Source: the human T2T-CHM13v2.0 reference genome, Homo sapiens
Assembly: GCF_009914755.1 (NCBI RefSeq)
Contig: NC_060935.1
Length of the DNA: 64,000 nucleotides
Strand: one strand, 5' to 3'
This document shows positions 13,431 through 25,450 of the stretch, piece by piece; the first letter of the stretch is position 1; each line of letters starts with the position of its first letter. Below the pieces are notes generated by a model. The model was not told the origin of the DNA and ran no database searches. It saw nothing but the letters and a program-made list of their open reading frames with translations. A program made the position numbers and the translations under genes.

Positions 13431-15764
13431 TGCTGTGTTGTTCTTCCTCTTTCCCCAGGGTCTACATTAGTTTGTGACTCAAGAAGGTACTCATTTCAGA
13501 TTTGCGGAACAACTGAATGTGTACGCTCTGGTTCCCTTCTCCTTCTCTTGCATACGTGGCTCTCCATAGAGTGTGGGGTCCTCTAGGGGCAGGAAAGGAC
13601 ATCGTTATTATGTGCCCAGGATAGGGTCTGGCACCAGGTGATGCTCAGTTTTATAGGGTGGAAAGGAAATTTTTCAGTTTTGTAATCCTGCCAAGTGATC
13701 CCCTGGAAAGGAGTTCATAAACATCAGAACAGTCAGTGCTCTACCCACCACTCAGCAACTTCTTGCCACCACATACTCAAGTTCACTTAGCAGAGGATGA
13801 CTCAAGTGTAAAAAGTCACTTCCTCCCTGGCACAGCAAAGGCCCAGACCATTGTCTTTCTTGACTGGGTACAAGATTTACCTTGTCCTGCTGGCAGATTT
13901 ATTGGTCAATGTCCTATTTGGCTGGCAGTAAGATGACTCTTTTCTTTTTTGTGGGTCTAATCTCCCGAATCAATATTTGTTTCCACTTCCCTCTGTCTAC
14001 AGGCAGAGACTACTTAGCTGATAGGACATTTCTAAAGCAAGAGGATAGCATGGCCATGAGAAGGGGTTTGGGGAAAGACAAGGAAGGGCTCATCCTGATG
14101 GCATCTCAATAGGTCAGGTACTTTGCTTTTCAGTAAAACCAGCCACTTATGGGGTGAATTTGTTTAACCTCTTTGCAAGCCTCTAAAAAGAGGTGGCATG
14201 AAAAGCATGGGTGATGCAGCCAATTAAAATTCAGTCCCAACCAACAAGGAGAAGTAGGCCATGGCTGGCTAACAGAGAGGCATTGACAGAAAGAGACTCA
14301 GGCACTTGGAGCCCACATTACTTGAATGTTCTTTTCTTCCAAAACAAGAAACCCTCCCAAAGCATGGAGTTGTATTGTCCATGTCTGGGTTTATAAAATG
14401 TGGGTTTCTCTCGTGTAGTGCCCACAGCACAATCCCTTTGGCTTGCTTTATATTTTCCCCCTTCATCTCTATAGGACACAGACGATGCTTGTCCATTTTC
14501 ATCACAGAGTTTTCTTCCTATTGCCAGATGTATTATCTGCATGTAGCCTTTAGGCAGGTTCTGAGTGTGCTACCAGACAGATGCCATCTCATAATACATT
14601 CACTCCTTGTGCCAACATGAGAGTCTTTCCCCAAGTCCTCTGCTGGCTGATCACTTTTTAGGTCAGGGGAGAGGAGAGAGAGAGGAAGAGGGAAAGGGAG
14701 AGAGACTGAGGAAGCCAACGGTGTATGGAATTTGAAATTTGGGGCCTTCAAGCCATATGTGATCAGAGGTCACCCAAGAAAACAGCATACCCTACATCTG
14801 TTGTAGGTCCTTGAAAACGGGTGTGAAATCTGAAGCAAGAGAATGTTAATCAAAAAACTTGTAAAATAAGAACATTCTCTTAACAGCTAAAAGTCATTAA
14901 ATTCACTAATTTATCTTACTTTTTAGACATAACTTTTGATATATAGTCCTTTTATTTTGTACATGACCTCAAATTTGGCTCTTCTCTTGCACAACTGAGC
15001 ACACAGTTGGCAGGTTTAAGTCTAAAATTGTCCAACTGAGGTCAGACATGACTTTTACACAGGCTTAAAATTAGTCCTTCAATCAGTTATATTAAGGCGA
15101 CAAAGCCTGGTTTTACTTTCTATAGCTGTCACATGAACTATGATAACTATCGTACCATTATTCTCATCACAGATGAGGAAGGGGGCACCACTGTTTTTTG
15201 GGAGGCAGCATCTTCATGTTCACAGTGTGCATTTCACTAATGGAATGCCGCATAAAGTAGAAAAGTTCTGGTTGCTAAAAAATCACATGTTATGTAGTCA
15301 CGAGCTAGCTGTGGTAGGCAAGAACATGGGCTTTTTAAATAAGAGAGGACTTGAATCCTGGTTGCTGAGTCTGAAACTCAATGATTTCTGGGGTCCGATT
15401 TTTCAAGGTCAGTGTTAAAAATATCAACATTATAATGAGCTAAAATCTGATAATGGAAGAAATAAAGAGTCAAATAAGTCATATTGTTAACTAATAGAGA
15501 AATGTACTTGCTCTTGAGGGACTGGACCAGTTTTAGCACTTGGTAACTCTTTCATTGTAGCTAACCCAAAGCTGCCCAAGCTAAGCTTTCCTTCTGTTAC
15601 AGCAGGGAAAGAATGAAAGTCATAGGCTTTAGAATCTGAGAAACTCACCTTCTGTATGAACTTGGGTACCTTAATTACACCCTCTATAATTTCATTTCAC
15701 TTACGAAATGGGGATAGTACTACTTACTTAATATTAACTCATAGGATTATTATGAGGCCATGTC

Positions 15765-15931
15765 TCAATGTTCAAGACATTATCACAGCTGTGGTAGGGG
15801 TCAGGGGAGAATAGATGCTACTGGCTTCTAATGATTGTCAGCATGATACTAAATACGCTACATTTTACAGGACAGTCTTCTACAGTAAGGAATTATCTGT
15901 CCCAAAATAGTGTCAAGGCTTAGAAACCCTG
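15765..15931 (+). mobile_element. MER20 (hAT-Charlie) partial
   Basis: 'tgctactggcttcta...caggacagtcttctacagtaaggaattatctgtcccaaaatagtgtcaaggcttagaaaccctg' matches MER20 end. Confidence 0.8.
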
Positions 15932-16049
15932 GCTAAATAAACAGTAGCCACTATGTGTCAGATATATTCCTGTACTTAACTGATCTCTTTCAACTGTACA
16001 CATTCCAAAATGTGGATGCTGAACTTTCAGGCTGATAGTAATGACAACA

Positions 16050-16240
16050 TTTTCTCATTTACAAAAAGCTTCCACATATCATCTCATTTAATTTTCACAG
16101 AAACTGTTTGTAAGAATGATTGATGCAATCTTCATTTTACAGTTGGAAAAACGAAGGCTCAGAGACCCTGGATCACCCAGTGAGTAAGCAGCATGCCCAG
16201 GTCTAGCATACCATTCTCCTGCTTTCAGCTCTTGTATGCT
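16050..16240 (-). mobile_element. MIR SINE
   Basis: 'atctcatttaattttcacag...cattttacagttggaaaaacgaaggctcagaga'. Confidence 0.7.
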
Positions 16241-16924
16241 ATCCACATGCTTACAGCATGCTTGGACAATGCAGAAACTCAGCTTTGGTACTTTGGGTAA
16301 TCTGTTCATCTGTGAAATGGGATAACTCATGCTGATCTACGGACAAAAATAACTGTAAGGATGACATGAAATGATGCAGATAGCAGGCACTCAAAAAACA
16401 GAGCTCTATCAACATTCCTGCTTCCTCTCAATGACTGGCACTGAACCGTCCTTAACACCCCATTTCTAAGCCAAGAGATTCTTCAAGACCAAGCCAAGTC
16501 TGCCGTGCCACTGTCCCCCGCAGGAGCCTCTGGCTTCATCAAGCCCACAGATCCACAGTTGCTTTGTTCGCCGAGTGACATTTCTATCAGGCACCACCTT
16601 GGGCTGGTCACAGAAACTTCGTAGGAGCCATCAGTCCTGGAGCTCAGTACCCCAGGGTTGATGCCTTGACAACTGTGTCACCACTCTCTTATTACCTATC
16701 TGGAGGGTCACCTTTCTGACAGACAGCTTTGAAAATTCTTTATTAAACTTTTTTTTTTTTTTAGTAGAAAAGACAGATTATAGTTCTGACATGCTCTACT
16801 TATTATGACATGAAACAATGTTCTTATTTCTTTTGCTTGGGGATGTTGAACTGCTGGCTTTGGCCCATGTGGGGTGTCACAATGATGTATTAGTTATTAG
16901 GTCAGACTTTCCGTAACCTTTACG

Positions 16925-17940
16925 TATTCATTTATTCACTCACTCACTCACTTACTCACTCACTCACCTATACATTTGAAAGTCTACTGTGAACCGGGTC
17001 TAACAGAGGTTAGACATTTAGTGGATTACACAAAAAAAACAAAACATTTACCCTCAGTCTTTGATCTGAGGATGTCCCAGTTTAATAGGCAATGCAAGGG
17101 GGCAAAAAAGATAAAATTTTACCGCCGTGGTAAGTGAAATAAAAGACCTATGTGTTGTACTTGGTAACATAACTTTGGCAGGATGGAAACCAGAATTGGT
17201 AGTGTATCTGTAGAGTGGGGTGCCTGGTTCACTCTGGATGATGACAGGTGGTACAGCAGCAGAGGCTGAAGACTAGATTTTGTTGGAATACTCTATAATC
17301 TGTGTATAGGAGAAGGAAGAGGAGCTGATCATTCACAGTTGAAATAAGCTGGTGACAGGTACTCCTCTCCAAAAGAAGGCCTGGGTGCCAGATTTTGGGC
17401 TCAGAGTGACTTAATAGTTCTGATACACATTTGATAAATAATATCACAAAGGCACCACTGAACATCTGAATATATGAACAGAGAGCTATGAAAAAGGTAG
17501 TGACTAACCCTGCCAGGGGAGGTGTAGGAAGTGCCCCAGAAAATATGATATTTGAAGAGGGCATTAAGCATTCAGAGGGCATTAAGCATCCATGAGAAGC
17601 GGAAGTATGGCATCTGAGCAGAGCAAAGGTGAAGGTGACATGCTCTGAGAAGGATGAGGATTTCTTCAGAACAAAGTATGATTGGGGGCTGGGGTGGGAG
17701 GTGAAGCTCAGGGCACGTTGGGACCATTTTAACACCAGGTCATGGAGTCCAGGCTTTCTCTTCAGTAGGACTTGCTGGGCTGGTGGCTGGTTTATGCAGA
17801 GGAGTGTTATGAGAGACTGGAGTGCAGACAAATCTCTCTGCGGGCGGTATGGGTTTATGGGAGGGTAGACTGAAAGCTCAGAGACACAAGGCAAAGAAAC
17901 AGGTCAGGTGGCTACTACAACCACCCAAAAAGAGAAGCTG
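16925..17940 (-). mobile_element. L2 LINE fragments with (TCAC)n tail
   Basis: 'attcatttattcactcactcac' L2 tail, then L2 antisense blocks to 'caggtcaggtggctactacaac'. Confidence 0.6.
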
Positions 17941-18344
17941 GGAGACCTTCCCTCAGGTTTCAATCCAGCTAAGGCCAGTAAAACCCATGTGTTCATTTAG
18001 GAGACTCTTGTATATTTATTAAATAAATAAACAAAAGAGAAAAGGCCAGGGATCAATGAGTTTCTTAAACAAAAATTTAAAAGGCAAAACTAAGATATGT
18101 TAAATAACACCTAGTAGAATTTAAAGTGTACATACTTTGTGGAATAAATGCATAAAGACATCAGAAATAATCAAGTATGGAATAAGGGTATGGGTCTAGT
18201 GAAACAGGGCACTGAAAAAGCTGTAAACTTCCCAGGCAGAAACCTCTGCTCTCATCCTGAGTCTGTTTTCATTTATGTATCATGTGATATCATGTATCAT
18301 GTGCAATACATGTGATTAGTAATTTGACTCACCCCCTCAGTAAA

Positions 18345-18545
18345 AGTCACAGTTCCTGTTTACCGAGCACCTGCTAGGCTTAATCATGCACAATGCTCAG
18401 GATACCACCTATATTATCTCAGCCAATCTGAACAACAATGGCAAAGCAGGCTTTATCAGGCCTGAGGTTCAGAGAGTTTAGGGATTTACCCAAGGTTGCG
18501 GAGCAGTCAGCAGAATTGAGATTTGACCCTGATCTATCCAGCTGT
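18345..18545 (-). mobile_element. MIR SINE
   Basis: 'tttaccgagcacctgcta...ctgaggttcagagagtttagggatttacccaaggttgc...gagatttgaccc'. Confidence 0.7.
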
Positions 18546-19038
18546 GGAAAGATTCTCTGCGACGGTACATCCTCTGCGATGGTGCGCCCTAGTGAGTATA
18601 AAATTTCCATCATCGTAGAATGAGAAATGCCTGAAAGCTGTTAATATACCTACCTTTCTGGACTCTTATTCTGATTCTGTGTCTTTAAAACACGATGTGG
18701 ACAGAAAAATCAGAAAATTTGGGGTGAGAAAGGAAATAATGAGGAAAAAGAGAAGAAAAGCTCTGCCTCCAACTTTTGCTTTGGTCTTGTGTAAACCTGT
18801 TATCATCTTTGGGTCGGAGATTTCTCTTCAATAAAATAAAATAGATGAACTAAATCAAATGTAAGATACACTTTGCCTTAATACTCCTAGAATCAAATGC
18901 CCTGAGCTGAGCTTGTTATATAGTAGAAAGGAAGGTTGTAAAATGTAAAATGTGTTCAGTTTTTTAAACCAGTCTAAAGATAAAGCAAGAAATTACTGTG
19001 TTCAGTTTCAGAAGATAATGGAAACATTATAAACCTTA

Positions 19039-19230
19039 TAGCATTCCCAGATTTAGCAAATAAAAATGTAGGGTGTTCAGTTAAATTTGGATGTCAGATA
19101 AGGAACAAATATTTTCTTAGTATAAATATGTGCCGTGCAATATTTGGGACATAGTTATTCTAAAGATTATTCATTGTTTATGTGAACTTCAAATTTAACT
19201 GGGCATCCTGAATATCACTTGGCAACCCTG
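19039..19230. mobile_element. MER53 palindromic hAT MITE
   Basis: 'cagatttagcaaataaaaat...cagttaaattt...gcaatatttgggacata...aaatttaactgggcatcctg...tggcaaccctg'; 8-bp TSD aaacctta/aaaccttg. Confidence 0.9.
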
Positions 19231-20319
19231 AAACCTTGACAAAGTAAAAATAATAGCACAGCTGATTAAAGTCAGAAGGAAAGATTGAGGAAACCATAGA
19301 AGAACCAGTTTCCTTATTTCACAGACTGGTGAATCAACTGATTCTAGCTAAAATGAGAGTTAAAGAAAGTTTTAAGTTTAGTATTTGCAGTCATAAAGTT
19401 AACAACTAGCAAAACTGAACTAGAAAATATAGTAACAACAATAAAAACCTCAGGAGGTTGGGAGGATAGGTGGAAGGAAATACAGGTATACCAAATTCCT
19501 CTTTTAAAGGAAACAGCCCAAGGCACAGTCTACAGAGGATGAATCATCAAATAAAACCATAAAGAAAAAACATTATTTAGCATTATGGTTATAATTATCA
19601 AAGAACCAAAAACAAAAAAATTAAAAAATGTTTTTTCTTGGTAGTGGGGTTACAAAAGTGGGTAGAGAGTTACTTTTTATTTTATTCTACCCTTATTAGA
19701 CTTTTACATCTATGCCATGTGTAAAATTAGATTAAAAACAAAATAATTATATTAACCATTGTTGCCACCAACCATCATTCAGCAAACTGTTAAGCTTTTG
19801 CTGAAGTATACTCTCATGTTCTCAGTCTCAGGCTTATTTTATTTGCCTCTACCAACTTCATTTGGGTGTAAAAATATTAGCAATCAGATTTACAAACCCA
19901 AAAGATGCACAAATATTTGCTATTGCTTTGCCATGTATTGCAAAAATATTTCCAGGTGCTCTAGAATGAAAAAAGATAAAAACCTTCAGATAAATCAACA
20001 TGGTTCATTTAATTTAAAACAAATATTTGACAGTCACTCTCCTAACATGCCTTCGATTGTGAGTAGCAACTCACATAGCAATGCATTACTCTTAGCACAT
20101 ACTTGCAAATGAATTATGCTTTCACAAGCAGAAATTAAAGTACTCTCCAGAGAAATGTTTGGTTGATTTTTTTCAGGGTTTGATTGATCTAACTTAGAAA
20201 TATATGAATTTCACTCAATACTTCTATTATTTTGGAAGGGAGACACAAGAGTTGTCTGGCGTATCAAAAAAATCATGAATTAAGAAGTCACTTGGCATGG
20301 AAGCCTGATTCTGTGAGAG

Positions 20320-20371
20320 GTGTGTGTATGTATCTGTGTGTGTGTGTGTGTGTGTGTGCATGCGCGTGCAT
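20320..20371. repeat. (TG)n microsatellite
   Basis: Interrupted GT run ending 'gcatgcgcgtgcat'. Confidence 0.95.
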
Positions 20372-20735
20372 GAGAGTTGGCTTGAGTTATAGACAGATGG
20401 TTTGGACTATAAAAAAGTCGCTGATCCTAAGGTGAAGTCCCATTAGGAGAATGCTTAAGTACTATAAAAACATAGAGCTGTAGCTTGTGATTAATGGCGC
20501 TTCCACCCAAAACATTACTAATGCACCCTGTATCCTGCAAACCCCGTCATCTTACTTCAGACCCATCTTTATAGTCATTGAACTCTGCCGTCATCACCAA
20601 CTTGTTGTAGTTCTTTAATACAAGCTTTATAATGTCTTGAAGTGCATCATATTTATAATGGCATTAAAGGTCATTGACAAGCTTGCTAGATCTTTCAGGA
20701 TGGAGACCAAGAGCCAAACCTTATACCTAGGCCTT

Positions 20736-21134
20736 TGTGTTAGTTCATTTTACACTACTATAAAGGTATACCCAAGGCTGGGTAATTTATAAAGAAAAGA
20801 TGTTTAATTGGCTCACAGTTCTGCAGGGTGTACAGGAATGGCACCAGCATCTGCTTGGCTTCTGGTGAGGATCTCAGGAAGCTTCCACTCACGGAGAAGG
20901 CAAAGGGGAACAGGTGTGTCATATGGTGAGAGGGGGAACAACAGAGATCGTGGAGGTGCCAGGCACTTTAAACAACCAGCTCTTTCATAAACTCATTACC
21001 ACAGGGAGGGCACCAAGCCAATCGTGGGGGATTCACCCCCATAATAAAAATACCTCCCACTAGGTCCCAACTTTAACACTAAGGATTACATTTCAACATG
21101 AGATTTGGAGGTGACACACATCCAAACCATATCA
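20736..21134 (-). mobile_element. MaLR solo LTR, MSTB-like
   Basis: 'tgtgttagttcatttt...ctgggtaatttataaagaaaag...catttcaacatgagatttggagg...ccaaaccatatca'. Confidence 0.9.
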
Positions 21135-21479
21135 GCTCTACTGCCTGTGGACTTTGAAGGGAGATCTGCAGCAACAACCCTTTTGTCTAGCTCTCCTTCT
21201 CACTTTTTCCTGCCATGAAATCAAATTCCTTCTTCATGAGCTGGCACAAAGGCCATCTCTTCCAGGAGGAAGTTCTGCCTGTCCCAACATGAAGCACTAT
21301 TTCCCTTTCACAGTTATACTGAAGAATAAATAAGGTAATAATGAAGTCTTATGACTGAGCTAAGGAACTAATCATCGATCATATGTAGAAGGAGAAAGCC
21401 AAGGCCTATCTGGTACCAGTGCAAAAGAAATAATTATATAACAACAAAAACAGTCACATCAACTATTGCCACCATTTCC

Positions 21480-21690
21480 ACCATTTATTGAGTGCACTAT
21501 AGGTATATTAGGAATTTTATTTAATTCTCACCACAGGTTGAGGCATTATGATTCCTCATTTTGAAGTGAGGCAAATAAGGCACAGAAAGATTAGGTAACC
21601 AGACCAGAATCACAAAGCAAAGAACCTGCAAAGCCATAGCTCAAATACAGGTTAGTTTCAGTGTGAATCATATGCTATAAATTAGTCCAC
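21480..21690 (-). mobile_element. MIR SINE
   Basis: 'ccatttattgagtgcactat...tttaattctcacc...cattttgaagtgaggcaaataaggcacaga'. Confidence 0.7.
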
Positions 21691-21802
21691 AAAATTGCCT
21701 GTCTGGGCTTTAGTAAGAAGGCTAAAGGAGAAATTGGTAAAAACAGCAGAAATATATTCCAAATAAGCTTGAGAAATTTTGTGTGTAATCTATGTCAGCT
21801 AC

Positions 21803-22096
21803 TTTTTTTTTTTTTTAAGATGGAGTCTTGCTCTGTCACCCAGGCTGCAATGGAGTGGCGTGATCTCGGCTCACTGCAACCTCCACCTCCTGGTTTCAAG
21901 CGATTCTCCTGCCTCAGCCTCCTGAGCAGCTGGAACTACAGGCATGTGACATCACGCCCAGCTAATTTTTCTATTTTTAGTAGAGGTGGGGTTTCACCGT
22001 ATTGGCCAGACCGGTCTCGAACTCCTGACCTTGTGATCCACCCACCTCGGCCTTGCAAAGTGCTGGGATTACAGGCATGAGCAACTGCGCCTGGCC
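21803..22096 (-). mobile_element. Alu, AluS-type (Sg/Sc-like)
   Basis: Full dimer; perfect TSD tatgtcagcta (21791-21801 / 22097-22107); 'ctgaccttgtgatcc' variant. Confidence 0.95.
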
Positions 22097-22259
22097 TATG
22101 TCAGCTATTTTAAGTCACATGCCTAGTATCCCACTCAGAAGTTTTAAGGAATGCGTAAGCATGCACTGAATATGGTGTGCAAGCTATGCATGATGGCGTG
22201 TTGCTGGCATTGTGACTATAGGAATAAAGCAGGGAAAAGGTATGTCTGTCCACAAATTA

Positions 22260-22860
22260 GAAGGCCATCGGGTTATACAGCTCTGTGTAGCCCCTGAGCA
22301 CCAGTTCACCTTGCCAGGTAACACAGCTTGCTGCCTTGACCATACTGAACCAGGTAACAAATGAAGCTGATCAGATACACCTTGGATGTCTGCAGCTATG
22401 GGGACTCCCGGGAGGTTGTGACCACCTGAGAAGGGGTTCTAATTACAATAAGGGATTTAAAAGCATTAAAGAGCTTCTGAAGAAATTGGCAGACATCATT
22501 TGTTCCACAGAGATGCTGTCTGTCTCAGACTGCAGCTCAGACTTTCCTGGCCCTGTGGCTGGCCCCAGCAATAGTGGATAGGTGGCCTCCGGGCTAGATG
22601 AGAGAATGGCTTAAGGTTAAAGTGTGCCCATTGGTGTGGGGTAGCCCTGGGTTTCTGTCTTGCTCAACTCTCTGTTCTTTTCATTCCTGTGGAGTTCCTG
22701 GACCCTGTTGCAATCATCTTAGTTTAACTGCATTTTCTGACTCTGTCTTTGTCTTATCCGTACCTCCATTTCTTCCTTTTTCCCTTAGCACAGAATTTTC
22801 TGTACTGCACCCAATGCAGGAAACAGAGAAGATGAAGGACTGTTTCTCAAGGGCCTGACA
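22260..22860. mobile_element. Putative ancient ERV-type LTR (family unassigned)
   Basis: GC-richer block ending 'gggcctgaca' like many old LTR termini; no firm family match. Confidence 0.3.
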
Positions 22861-22879
22861 TCACCATACAGAAAAAAAT

Positions 22880-22880
<1 letters not shown>

Positions 22881-22921
<41 letters not shown>

Positions 22922-23101
22922 CCATATATATATGTAAACCCATATATATGTAAATCCATATATATATGTAAACCCATATATATGTAAACCCATATATATA
23001 TGTAAACCCATATATATATATGTAAACCCATATATATATGTAAACCCATATATATATATGTAAACCCATATATATATGTAAACCCATATATATATATATA
23101 T
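22881..23101. repeat. (AT)17 followed by 10 units of GTAAACCC(AT)n minisatellite
   Basis: Read directly; unit length varies with AT count; one unit is GTAAATCC. Confidence 0.97.
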
Positions 23102-23279
23102 AGCATTTTCAAACTTATCATCAAGTAGGCACTTTGTAGGTCCTGCTTTCTAAACTTTGATCTCCATTCTTTGAGTTAATATTTATGATGTGCCTACTAT
23201 GTGCCAAGCACTGAACTGGACCTTGGGCATATAGACTTTAATCAAACAGGCAAAATTCATGCACTTATGAGGCTTACTT
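23102..23279 (+). repeat. Local duplicate A (copy at 25274-25450), contains an antisense L2 3' end
   Basis: Manual alignment: 12 substitutions + 1 indel in ~178 bp. Confidence 0.95.
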
Positions 23280-23526
23280 ATACATATATATAACTATTAT
23301 ATAAGATACAGTGTCATTCTTAAGGTGTTTTTTTATTCAGGGAATAGTTTTTTTTTTATTTTTTACCTAATTACGAAGTATTGTGCTAGACAGAGTTAAA
23401 ATTCTTTGAAAATTTAAAGAAGGAAGCAGTTACTTCTGGCTAGCTGTTTGCAGAAAAGAGGGCAGTACAAGGGAGACCAGGAGGGCAATGTTGGGGAAAA
23501 GAGAATATTTGTCAAACATCAACAGG

Positions 23527-23716
23527 TATATTTAATAACGTGGAATTTCTTTTTATATTAAGTGAAATAGTAGATACAAAACCTTATACTATGACCTCAA
23601 CTGCATAAAAATATGTTGTCACAGAAAAAGTATGAAAAGGAAGGATTCATGTTTACTGTGCTTATCTGGGTGGTGGCATTTTCTGTTGATTTATCTATAT
23701 TGATCTGAATTTCCCT
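23527..23716 (+). repeat. Local duplicate B (copy at 24476-24666), old L1M-like 3' sequence
   Basis: Manual alignment: 10 substitutions + 1 indel in ~190 bp. Confidence 0.95.
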
Positions 23717-24199
23717 AAAATTATGTTAGGCTGTTGTAAGAAAGCCATATTCCTTTATATGTAGTCCTATTTTGGCCAAGAAGATAGAAACCTCTGCTAC
23801 TTTGGTCTTTCAGGAAAATAACTTCTCTCCATTCCCTTCTTTTATTACCCATGGATGTAGGTACCATTGTATCATGTATGAGGGCACACACGTGCACATC
23901 CTCTCCTCCCCTCTATTTTTCTTATCCCTTTGTTCCTGCCCTTGTGTTTTTCTGACGTCCTGTCTTCTTTCCCTTTTCTCCTCTGTTTAGCTTAAATATT
24001 TCTGGCAGCTTTAGTTTCTGTGAGTAGCACTGAGTACTTTGAGTAGTGCCTTAGCTCAGAATGTTTGCTGACCTCAAAGTGCTCAGCAGTGATGAGAGCA
24101 AAATTCTGTGAGCAAGCTAAATGTTTAATGTCAGGTTGTTGGTTATGTGAATTATTGTTCATGAATTTCACAGTGTTATAAGCCTCATTTTCACCAGGA

Positions 24200-24450
24200 C
24201 TTTGCTGAAATCGTCACCTCCTCAGATACACTTTCCTTCAAACACCACACTGGTCCCTCACCCCATCCTAGTGTTCTTCACTGTACTTACAGCCATAGTC
24301 ATTTACTCACTGTGTGTCTCCTGCTCTACAGGGTAAGCTCAGAGCTTACCTTAGAGGACAGAGGTTTTGTCCTCGCTGCTAGACATCTGCAGTGAGTGAT
24401 GCATAGCAGGCCAGCAGGCCATCAACCAAGATTTTTCTTGACTGAATAAT
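24200..24450 (+). mobile_element. L2 3' end
   Basis: 'aaatcgtcacctcctcaga...gtaagctc...gaggacagaggttttgtc...ttgactgaataa'. Confidence 0.65.
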
Positions 24451-24475
24451 TACAGGCATTATAATTATATACATT

Positions 24476-24666
24476 TATATTTAATAACATGGAATTTCTT
24501 TTTATATTAAGTGAAAGAGTAGACACAAAACTCTTGTACCATGATCTCAACTGCATAAAAATATGTTGTCAGAGAAAAAGTATGGAAAGGAAGGATTAAT
24601 GTTTACTGTGCTTATCTGGGTGGTGGTATTTTCTGTTGATTTATCTATATTGATCTGAATTTCCCT
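24476..24666 (+). repeat. Local duplicate B'
   Basis: ~94% identical to 23527-23716. Confidence 0.95.
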
Positions 24667-25273
24667 GATCCCTTACAATGAGCAAATATTTTTTAAAATA
24701 TAGACTGCTTCAAAAAAGGGTTAATGCTACTGGCTCAGTGCAAAGATTTTGTGGCTGGGACAGCTTGAGGGGATGTGAGAGTGACAGAGAAATCAGTGCC
24801 GTGGTTGGGAAAATAACCCATATTGAGCTGACTCATCACCCGAACCAACAGTTGACAATTCCTTTGACTGCTAGTGATATGTTTAAAGTGAAAGTTTTGA
24901 TGACATAAGTGAAAATGAAGAAGTAGAATCAATAGGCTTAAGATTGTTTTTTAGGGTGTCAGGGCTGAAACATGAAAGAAAGTGAGGGTTTGGCAAAGCC
25001 CATATTTTTGTGGTGCCAAGCCACAAATGATCCAAAACTGCTTCAAGATGGGGATGAGACCTCAAGCAGACGCTGCACACAGGCCCTCATACAGCATCCA
25101 TGTTTTCCAGCCCTGGGACAAGCTGAGGTAGAAGATATATCCTCTAGTTGAGCTGAGCTGATGGATGGAAGCTCTGTGGAGGAGTTGGTCTGCCCTTTCC
25201 AGCTTTTTCCATTGCTGCTACTGGTCACCTGTCCTACTCACAGACTCAGCTCTCTCCTCTTCTGAGGCAGAAG

Positions 25274-25450
25274 AGCATTTTCAAACTTATCAGCAAGTAG
25301 GCACTTGGTGGATCCTGCTTTCTAAACTTTGATCTCCATTCTTTGAGTTAATATTTGTGATGTGCCTACTATGTGCCAACCACTGGACTGGACCTTGGGG
25401 ATATAGACATTATCAAACAGGCAAAATTCATGCATTTAGGAAGCTTACTT
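25274..25450 (+). repeat. Local duplicate A'
   Basis: ~93% identical to 23102-23279. Confidence 0.95.

Noticed and set aside
13436-13495. Plus-strand 28-nt micro-exon (ttcctctttccccag|...aag|gtactc)
   Set aside because: Weak donor and no supporting neighbouring exons
17229-17894. Longest ORF (221 aa, - strand)
   Set aside because: Overlaps decayed L2 sequence, non-ATG start, no recognisable domain or splice context
22881-23101. CRISPR-like array
   Set aside because: No unique spacers; eukaryotic minisatellite
22785-23124. Repetitive ORFs (MGLHIY/YIYGFT repeats)
   Set aside because: Translation of the TA-rich minisatellite
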